Source: the human T2T-CHM13v2.0 reference genome, Homo sapiens. Taken from it: a stretch of 64,000 nt of DNA. A program made the position numbers and the translations under genes. Location: NCBI RefSeq assembly GCF_009914755.1, contig NC_060945.1, one strand, 5' to 3'. The notes under the pieces are model-generated. The model did no database searches. It was not told the origin of the DNA and saw only the letters and a program-made list of their open reading frames with translations. Below, piece after piece: positions 53,450 through 64,000 of this stretch; position 1 is the first letter of the stretch; each line of letters opens with the position of its first letter.

Positions 53450-53960
53450 CAGGATCTGCGCGCATCCGCCCGGGGACTTGTTGGTGGATCCATCCCTCAT
53501 GGCGGAGCAGCAAGGGGATCCTTTAGAAAAAGCAATGGGCGAAGTAACTGAAAGAGCGACGCAGAAAGCAACAGCCAGAAACGGCGGGGACGCGAGCGGC
53601 CCAGACAGGAAGGGAGGCGGTGGCGCAGCTCTGGTGCGCAGCGCGCCGCAGCGACGGAACTTCTGCAAAAGCTGCCTGCCCGCGCGTTATCAGCGGCGCG
53701 CAGGCCTGTGGTTTTCTCGCTCTCGCAACCCTGCTTTAACTGCCGGTTTATTTTTCGACAAACAGGATGCCTCCATCTGAGGCTGTCAGCATCCCAGGCT
53801 CTTTGAAAGAAAAGAAGTAGAGCGGCCCCACCCTAGAGGCAAGGACGGGGTCTGTGTCAAGAGGCTTCCCAGAGAAGTGAAAACTCTGCAGGTGCAGCCG
53901 CTGGGAGAGCATCAAGAAGGGCAGGGTGGAGGGGCAGGGGGCGAAGGGAGGGGGTGAAGC
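53450..53960. promoter_or_regulatory. RUNX1: RUNX1 +23 (eR1) haematopoietic enhancer with small CpG-rich core
   Basis: Minus strand reads CAAAGAGCCTGGGATGCTGACAGCCTCAGATGGAGGCATCCTGTTTGTCGAAAAATAAACCGGCAGTT...GAGCGAGAAAACCACAGGCCTGCGCGCCGCTGATAACG, matching my recollection of the mouse Runx1 +23 core. Motifs: GATA TTATCA 53687-53692, RUNX TGTGGTT 53707-53713, MYB TAACTG 53737-53742, ETS CAGGATG 53763-53769, E-box CATCTG 53774-53779, MEIS CTGTCA 53783-53788. It is the only CpG-dense unique segment in the window. Confidence 0.9.
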
Positions 53961-54065
53961 CCGCACCCTACCCCCACATGAAACTGATTCCACTACCCCA
54001 TCTCTGCAAGCGTCCAGAGGCAGAGAGGCCAACATTTCGGGGACAGCTTGGAGGCGGGAGATTTA

Positions 54066-54240
54066 GGCAGGGCTCCTTAAACTTTTATGTGCATGAAAAT
54101 CAGGCCAATCACGGGGCTCTTGAGCAAATGGGGACGATGATTCAGCAGGTCTGGGCTGAGGCCTCAGATTCTGCACTTCTAACAAGTTCCCAGGTGGTAG
54201 TGATGCTGCCAGTCCAAAGACCACACTGTGAATAGCAAGG
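54066..54240 (+). mobile_element. MER5-family hAT element
   Basis: gattcagcaggtctgggctgaggcctcagattctgcacttctaacaagttcccaggtg...gaccacactgtgaatagcaagg. Confidence 0.75.
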
Positions 54241-54964
54241 CGTCGTCGGGACAGTCTGCCTTAGAGTAAAACCTAATAGATGTGCAAATATTTAAACCAA
54301 GCTGTATTTATTCCTGAGGCCCTGGTTTAACTGGAGCCACCTTGCTAATGGAAAATGGAAAATGAAATTCCTTTAGGTTCCAAAGGGAAGGAAAGTTTGA
54401 AATGGTTAAGGTATTTAAAAAATCCTAGTTGGGAGTGGCCTTGGGGATTCGGGAGAGTTGAAGTTAGGTTCTGAGCCAAGAGATGGGGGAGGAAGGGTGG
54501 GATGTGGCAAATAAATATAAACACACATACACAAACCCCAGCCCAACCACAGGTTCTTTCCTATCAATGAAACATTTGCATCTTGCAGGTAGAACTCACA
54601 CGTGTCCACATTTTTCAGAAGTTGAATGGTTTTGTGTAATGGTACAGAATTTGGAGCCCATATTTGAATATTCTAGATCCAATGTTATCTCAGACTGGCT
54701 TTAGGATCTTGTGGCCTACATTTAAAAATGCATGTTTCTGAGTCATGTTTAATTAGTAGTAGTATCTGAGAACTGAGAGACTAGACTAAGAAATCCATGG
54801 TATATGAATAAAATCTCCAGACAGCAGCTAGAACATAGAGGTCCCTCCAGAGGCAGTGCCAGTTGTCAGCTGTAAAAATAGGTTCTGCTCAGTTTTGCTT
54901 AGGCCTGAAGTTTCCTGAAGATTTCATTTAGACTTCATCAAAACCAGTCAAAGACTTCCTGTTA

Positions 54965-55130
54965 CAGAAAGGTTCTTAAAGTATGGCTGGGACTACAGGG
55001 CTATTAAGATGCAGATTCTTGGGCCTCTCTGCCTCACTCATCATGGTTTCTCAGGGTGGGTGCCGGGAACCTGCATTTTAACAAACGCTTTGAGGATTCT
55101 TATGTACTGCCAAGTTTAGGAGTCCCTGGT
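54965..55130. mobile_element. MER5A-like hAT element
   Basis: atgcagattcttgggcc...gggaacctgcattttaacaa...gattcttatgtactgccaagtttagga. Confidence 0.65.
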
Positions 55131-56647
55131 CTGCAGGTTTAAGTTCAACCTTCTCACTGCAGCATTCAAAGACCTGGCTTCAATTTTGCTGTTCACAGGC
55201 GAGCCTCAGTGACTTCCTCACTGCCCTCTGAGCACTCCTGGAGCCACCTGGCTGCCTCATTCATTTCTTCTCCTCTGTCTTTCCCCAGCCCTGGAATAAA
55301 ATGACTTCCATCTTCCTCTCCGAACTCTCTTCAGATCATGGCTTCCCACTCAGCAAGCAGTTACTTTCCTGGTCTGCCACTGCTGTGGTATTAATGATAG
55401 GCCACTCGATTCTCATTTTGTTGACTGAATATTTCTCATGCTTAGGCTTTGCCTCCCTGACCAGACAGTAAGTTCTCTGAAGCCATTTCATGCTATATAA
55501 TCTTTATGTTCAAGACTACTTTCTAACGCAGTGTCATGTCCACATGGATCATTCAGTAAATTTACCGATGGCTTATCTATCACCAACATGTTTTACAGAG
55601 TGTTATTAAGCAGGGACACTCTCTATGGGTCTAGGATCAGAAGAAGCTGGGAAGAGAAATGGGGTAGTGGTGAGAGTGTCATGAGAATCTGGTTATACAG
55701 TCATCAAAGACACAGAGGAAGTGGGAAAAAGGGAGTGTAGACCCCTAGCTCATCTGTCTGCAGTGTGAATTGGAGAGGGGTTCCTTTTTGTTTAATATAG
55801 TTAATTTTCCACTTGAAATCAAGGTCACCAAACCTATGAGCCAAACGATGGATGCTTGCCCTTCACACTCACTGCCTAGTGATGGAGCTCTTGGTGGCCT
55901 CTCTCCACCATCTCTGCTCCACCATCTCTTCCACTCTGGCTGGCTTCCCTTCTTCCTTTCTGCCTGATGGGTTGTCAACTCAAATGCCCAACTCCAAGCT
56001 CAAGTTAAAGGAAATTTCAAGTGTATTACATATAATGAAGCAGACTGAAAGAACAGTAGTATACTAGTAAGTTAGCTTAACATGGTTTAGTGGAAAGCAG
56101 CCAATACACCTCAGTTCTGATCCTAACACAGCTAGCATCATTGGCCGTGTCACCTTGGTTTTCTTCTTTAGCCTTTCTGAGCTTCAAAATTTTTGTTATC
56201 TAAACTCTGAGCCTCAGTGTTTTCATTAACAGAGCCAGCATAACAATGTTGGCTTCTAAGGCATTGGGCAGGTGAGTGGGGTAGTTATGGAGACCACCTG
56301 AGAGAGCCTGGAACACGGTTGGTGCTGGCAACCTACAGGGCCCCAGCCCTTGGTGAGGTATCTTTCTGGAGAAATGCTTCCTAGTGTTCCTAGCCATTCC
56401 TTGCCTCAGGCACCTTCACTACCATCCCAATCACAGGCCTACTGCTCTTCCTGGTCCAGCTTGCTGGTCCTAGTGCTTAGCTTCTCTCTTAAGGGGATCT
56501 TTTGACCTCTGTAGGAATTTCTTCCGTCTTGGGCTTCTGGCATGGTTCTATTGGTCACCTGGCACCCTCCTCACCACTTCAGTGGTGCCCCCAACTCTGC
56601 TTCTAGGACTCTGGCAAGTCCTACAACCACGATCCTGGTAATAGTAC

Positions 56648-56852
56648 GAGGTTGGATTTGTCAACCTTGTCACGATCACATTTCTGTTCTGCGCATTGTG
56701 GGCTGTTTGGTAGCATCTTTGGCATCTGCCTACTGGATGTTAGTACAGTCCCCTCTATCCCTTGAGTTGTGACAACTAGAAATGTCTCCAGACAGTGCCA
56801 AATGACCCCCTTCCTCCTCACACTGCCTCCTTCTTCCAGGTAAAAACCACTG
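56648..56852 (-). mobile_element. MER20 hAT-Charlie element
   Basis: agttgtgacaactagaaatgtctccagacagtgccaaatgacccc...aaccactg is the reverse complement of the MER20 5' end. Confidence 0.8.
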
Positions 56853-56856
56853 GTGA

Positions 56857-57179
<323 letters not shown>

Positions 57180-57364
57180 TTAAGGTGACAAGCATGGAGA
57201 AGAAGAGAAAAGTAATGAGGAAAAACTAAACTGGCAAGATCAATAAATATGGTCTAAATAAATGAAAAAGGAGATTGACTAAATAGACCCATGGGAAATG
57301 AAACCAGGAGATAAAATGTTAAAGAAAAGTATAAAAATTGCAAAGATAAGAGGGCATTAGATCG

Positions 57365-58625
<1,261 letters not shown>

Positions 58626-59737
58626 AGACTGTACATTAAAGGTACCTACCATTGTTATCTGTCTATGGAAATATTTTTTAAAAAGAAGTTATTTATTTTG
58701 GTGGAGGATCCACTAAGGAACATTCCTGAATGGAACAAAGAATGAACCTCAACACAGATGGAATCTGTCTTAGATGTGGATGTGGCTGTGGGCACAGATG
58801 GGTGCTTCTAAGTGACTGCAGGCCAAGCCTGGCTGAGAAGCATTTGGGTACAGAGGGGCTTTTGGGGAATGATCAGGGGTGATCAGGAGCACCAGCTCCT
58901 ACAGATTGTTTGACACATGCCACAAGCCTTGAAATGGAAAAGGAACACACATATGTCATATCACCTCTCAACATTTCACTGAAGGAGATTTTCCCCTAAA
59001 TAGAAAGATATGGAGAAAGAGTACTGAGAATAATGGGCTGGATAAGTGGGACAATCCTTGCCCTTACTGACCTTCCTGAAGTGTCGCTGAAATAGGTGGA
59101 CTTAGAACTGAATGGAATCTACTCTAAGTTATTTAGCAAACCTCTTCTGTTATCCCACTAGTTACCTTTTTTGAAGAGGAAAAATAAGAGTTGAGTTTTT
59201 CCATTAAGAAAGTCTATTTAAGCTGATAAAGTGGAAAAGAGGGCATCCTTTCTGTTCTTTGATTGATGTCCTGTAAATAACCCAATGGGAAACGGACCAG
59301 ACTTTATGATCAGTCCCGTGACTATGAATCCTCTTGGTCATAGACATTTGTTTTCTACACAGGTATTCAATTTAAAGCCTGAGCCAATCAGCTCATGGGC
59401 AGTAAGATGTCCCTTGACTGTGGTGTTTCTCACATGCTTCTCCTTGCACACTTGTCCAGCTTCCCACAAGGGACACCTACATGACTTCCAGCCTGGCACC
59501 TCTGGACAGAATTGGAACCACCTCCATGTTGCCTGCTCCTCTCTGCTCTAATATTCCCACATACAGCTTCTTACCCTTAGCTGATCACAGGAATTAAGGG
59601 GAACCAAGTTTGGGTGGAAATCCCAGTTACTTACTTCCTGCTGTGGTTGTATGTGAGAGGAGATCAGTGTGGCCTCTTCTGCTTACATCCACTGATGTTT
59701 TTACACTTAAGCCATAAGCACAGGACTGGTGAAGCTC

Positions 59738-59983
59738 CCTCCATCCATTGGTCCATCTATCTGTCTATCCATCCATCTATCCATCCATCCCTCTATCATT
59801 CATCCATCCATCTATCCATTCATTCAACTATCTATCCATCTACCTGCCTATCCATCCATTCATTTCCATTCATCCTTCTATCTATCCATCAATTTGTCCA
59901 TCTGTCCATCTGCTGGCTCATTCATTCATTCATTCATTCAACTATCTGTCCATCCATGCATTTGCCCATTCATCTATCCATCC
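59738..59983. repeat. Degenerate (TCCA)n/(TCTA)n/(TTCA)n tetranucleotide repeat
   Basis: Directly visible; source of the SIHP-rich ORFs. Confidence 0.9.
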
Positions 59984-60869
59984 AACATTTCTTGAGTGCC
60001 CAAATTCTGCCAGTTTCTGTTTTTGGAGAGGTAAGTGACATATGAGCCATCTCTCAAATTGCTCAGAGTCTCTGAAAGAACACACTCATAAACAGAAAAG
60101 CTGGAATTATGTTTTGGTAAGAGCAAATAAACCAGAGCAAGAAGAAGAATGTGATCCTTTGCACGAGTTACCAATGAGCATCCTAGAAGACATGGTCATC
60201 AGAGTGTCAGCCTGGAAGTATTACTGCTTCAGGGAGCAAACGCAGATGGAGTGTGTCCATCCATGTCTGTGATGGGGATGTGGGATTCCTGTTCTCTGTC
60301 CCTCTAACACCTCATGCAGACACATGTCCCAACTCTCATAACCTGTGCAATGACTTCTCTTGCTGAACAACAGCCCTGTCAGGTGCCTTTAATGACCACT
60401 ACCAGAAATTTCGGGAGAAATTCAAGTTGTTCAAATAAGCATGGAGAAGTGACCTCCCAGAGAGGATTTGAAAATAACACATAGAAAAATGAAACTAAAT
60501 ATGCATTGGGATTTCTGAAACTTTTGACTAAATGTATTATCTATAGGTCCTTGAAATCTATCATTATCTTGTCTTTTAGGTTACTTTCCTCCTAGATTTT
60601 TAAAGTCTTCAAAGAAATACTGATGATCCCCACTAGGAAAAGAGAAGGAAAATGAGTTATTCAAAATCAGGCACTGGGAGGACTCAGAATTACAGCATTA
60701 TTATTACTTCCAATAATTTTAAAAGAGTTAAGGGCTCTTTGATTACCAAATCATTATCCTACTTCCTATGTCATCTATAACTAGACACGAAGATAACTTA
60801 TTTTAAGTTTATTTCACAGGACAAGAGTACCAAAGTCACACCCTCTCTAGAAGGCCTTCTCTTGAAAAA

Positions 60870-61040
60870 TGCACAGCTTATTCGTCAGGCACCCAGACTT
60901 CAAAACCAGACTAGGATTGAGTGCAGCCCTGCCATTTCCCAGCTGTGTGACCTTGGATGAAATATTTGGCCACTCTATAGCCCAGTCATCAATCTGTAAA
61001 ATTAGGGAGAGTAATTGTCTCCACTGTGTAGATAACAGAG
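60870..61040 (+). mobile_element. MIR SINE
   Basis: ccctgccatttcccagctgtgtgaccttgg...atctgtaaaattaggg. Confidence 0.65.
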
Positions 61041-61321
61041 ATGGCAAGCCTCTGTTGCGCCAGCAGGCCAGAGTCATGGCTGCCTTTTCTTCTCTGCTCT
61101 TCACGTCGGGGACATGGCTGATGGTCTTAATTTCATGCCCTTGCACACTGACTGTCAGTTTTTGTGGACATCTGTAGCCAGCATTAGTAGGCTGGGGTGG
61201 GGTAGAGGTCAAATTAGGTGTGTGGGAGGCAAACATGCTAAAGAGGGTCAAACCCGCCACATCATTTTATTTCTTTGTGGGAAGCAGCAACAGTACCTCG
61301 GTTCCTAAGGTCTTTCTGGAG

Positions 61322-61550
61322 CTGTGGTTCTCCAAAAAACATTCCAGATTTTACCCCTCAGGGGTCATCTGGCAATGTCTGGAGATACATTTGGTTGTGG
61401 CAACATGAGGAGGGAAGGCTTGTCACTAGTGTCTAGTGGGTGTGGGCCAGGGATGCTGCTTAGCAGCCTACATACAGCACAGAGGGCAGTCCCCTCAACA
61501 GAGAATGATTCGGTTGCAAATGTCAACTGTGGCGAGGTCGGGAAACCCTG
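61322..61550 (+). mobile_element. MER20 hAT-Charlie element
   Basis: ctgtggttctc...tggcaatgtctggagatacatttggttgt...ggccagggatgctgct...aaatgtcaactgtggcgaggtcgggaaaccctg. Confidence 0.85.
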
Positions 61551-61984
61551 TCTGGTGTGAGCAGAGGGCAGATCCTCAGCCTCCATGATGCCTTTCACCT
61601 TGACCATGGGAGCTGAGTAATCCCAGCCACTAGCTCTCTCATTTTACCCGAGAGATGTACAGGAGGAAGATCAGGGTACAATGGCACATCAGCCAGGGCT
61701 GAGACCCCTACTCAGCCTGAGTCTGTTCCTGTTATACTCCCCACCTCATCCCAAGCATCAGCCGTTTGCTGCCAGGAGTGAACAGATCCAGTGTACAAGG
61801 ATGCATTAGTGACCACGCGCACTCACTGGGATAACCCACTTGGGGTTCACTTGTTAGATTTGGTTTGGGTAGTGTGTAAGGAAGAAAATGGGAAAGTCCA
61901 GTCAAATAGTGTCCAATTTAAAATCAAATCAGGGTGGAAAGGAAAAGTCCATGATGATAGCGACCATGTATCGGGCAGCATATT

Positions 61985-62165
61985 CTATGTATTTCTGATT
62001 CAGTGCTCGCAACAGCTGCATGGGTAATCATCATCGTCACACTGTACAGATGAGGAAAAGGGAGAAACAGAAAGGGTGAGTAGCCTGTTCAAGGTGACTC
62101 AGCGGGAAAGGACAGAGCTGGCATTTGAACACAGGCTCTCAGACCCCACAGGCTGCACCTGTAAA
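61985..62165 (-). mobile_element. MIR SINE
   Basis: tacagatgaggaaaagggagaaacagaaagggtgagtagcctgttcaaggtgactcagc...cagagctggcatttgaacacagg. Confidence 0.7.
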
Positions 62166-64000
62166 ACTCTCCTCCCCACACCCTGTCACATCACAGAGAG
62201 GCCAGATGGGAGTGGGAAAGCCGAAGAGAATCTGGACTCCAACCGAGTTCTGCCTCCTAGAAGCCGTGTGGCCTGGGCTGCTTTTGTAACCTGGTTTTTG
62301 CTTCATTTTATTTTTTATTTTTAGCCAGTGGGAATTAGTAGCTGTGCCTATATCGTGAGGTTTTGATTAAAAGAGACAATGGAGGCAGTGTGCCTCACAC
62401 CATTGCAAGTGAATGTTATTTGTTCTCATTATTCATAAGCCACAATGAAACGGCATCATCTCATAACTTTAGTGGGTCAGCCAGAATTGTTCACGACAAC
62501 AGTGCGGAGGACACGGGACAGCACTAAGGGTTCCTCCCTCTCCCTCTCGTTTGACGCGGACTCCAGATTCAGAACCCATGTGGGGCACAGGTGGGGGCTG
62601 TCCAGGCTCACTGCAGGTCTCTCTCTGCTTTCTGCTCCTTCAGGTCACGTGGTTGTGATTGAAAAGAGGAATAGAGAGATGTGATGTGGCTGTTTAAAAC
62701 AACTCCAACTGCTTCCATGTAAATGATGTGTTTGATCCTAAACTGAGAGGGTTAAGGGTTGGAACTCTGGGCCTCCCCAGAGGCTGCTGTGGGTCTGGGG
62801 GCCAGGACTCCTCAGGAAGAACCCAAGTTGGGTCTGAAGGTGACAGTGGAGGCCATTATCCCTGAGGGAAGACAGAAGAGGGAGCAGGGAGCAGGTGGGC
62901 CACCGAGCCCTGGCGTGTGTGCAGAAAGTGCTAAATAAGCCGGAAGAAGCACAGCAAATCACAAGGATGCCCAGAATATAATCTCTAGTTTATAGCATGA
63001 AATTTTTACTTTCCTGTTAATTGTACATTCTGTATAAGAAAAGCAGGTTCCTTTCCTAAGGAGCTTTATGATTTTATTATATTATTATTGTTTATTGTGG
63101 AGAATAATTAGCTTGCACATCTTTTAATGTGTCCCATTAAGATGTTTGCAGAGCAGCCGTGAGAGGCTGGCCAGCCCCCTGCATTTCCATTGATCAGGGC
63201 ACTCACATGGCTGGCTGTGAGCAGGCTTTGCGGGGAGAAAGTCATTTATGATTGCATCCTTCAGCATGCCGAACCCCTCCAGAAAGGGAAGGAACTTTCT
63301 GTGACTCTGAAGTAGTCTGTTGTAGAATAACCAGAGGAGAAATGCCTTTTATACAATAAAGGTGAAGGGGGAAAAGAAGGGGAAAAAAACCCCAACTTCT
63401 TGACAAAAGGAATTGTCATGATGTCAGAGGACTGGTGACATGGACTTTGTGAAATGACAAATGCCTCTGCAGAAAGGCCATTCTCAAAGGCCAACCAGTA
63501 GGCGTGTGCATCTCAACTCTTGTTATGCCACTGACACTTAGTGGTATGAGGTCCTGTTTACATGAGTGACTGAGGCCACTGCTTGCTATCACAGCTGAAA
63601 CAACTGCTTCTGGCTACGATTTTTATTTTAGCCTCAGGAATAAGTGGATGAGAAGTGTTTGGGGCAAGCTTCACGGAAAACCCTGGCTAGGGTCAGTCAG
63701 GGTTGGGGTGGTCCACCCCTGAAGGAGGGACTCAGGTGGCAGGCCCCTGATTGCTGGGTACATCACTCTGTGGTTTCTTCTGTACATGTGTTCCATGGCC
63801 TGGACTGGGACAGGGCAAGAGATATACCTGGGACACAAAATTCAAGGTGGTGCGCTCTCAAGCCCATGTAAATGCAAGGTCAGCCTTGTACAACAATGGG
63901 AGCAAGTGTCGCCTTAAGTTTGTCACAGGAAGTGCCTCATTTATGTCACCCTGATATCACCTTCGATGGATTCTCAGATTGATAAATGAAAACAACTGGT

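Noticed and set aside
53433-53780. 115-aa ORF or CpG-island promoter of a separate gene
   Set aside because: GC richness explains the lack of stops, and the segment is accounted for by the RUNX1 enhancer.
59614-60045. SIHP-rich ORFs
   Set aside because: Translations of the (TCCA)n repeat.

Overview
Human (primate) non-coding genomic DNA with no protein-coding exon I can support; the listed ORFs are chance or repeat-derived. A CpG-rich block at ~53.45-53.95 kb matches, from memory, the conserved RUNX1 '+23' haematopoietic enhancer (eR1). That places the window inside the very large P1-P2 intron of RUNX1 (chr21q22, gene on the minus strand), roughly +12 to +76 kb from P1; these offsets are recalled, not computed. 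The window holds 14 Alus, L1/L2/MIR fragments, four MaLR (MLT1) LTRs, DNA transposons (MER2, MER33, MER58A, MER75 with a nested half-MADE1, MARNA, MER5, MER20) and microsatellites. It also has several unique-sequence clusters of RUNX/GATA/ETS/MYB/AP-1 motifs. I found no new gene system. The most unusual direct observations are: (1) a templated-insertion repair scar in an L1 3' end containing 26 bp identical to a neighbouring Alu; (2) a second smaller scar at 39.4 kb; (3) a 169-bp duplicated GATA+PU.1 cassette; (4) a perfect 90-bp tandem duplication; (5) a perfect 20-bp palindrome inside a motif-dense candidate enhancer; (6) a tail-to-tail inverted Alu pair ~30 bp apart; (7) strong strand bias of the retroelements. 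Repeat names and boundaries come from recalled consensus sequences and are approximate.
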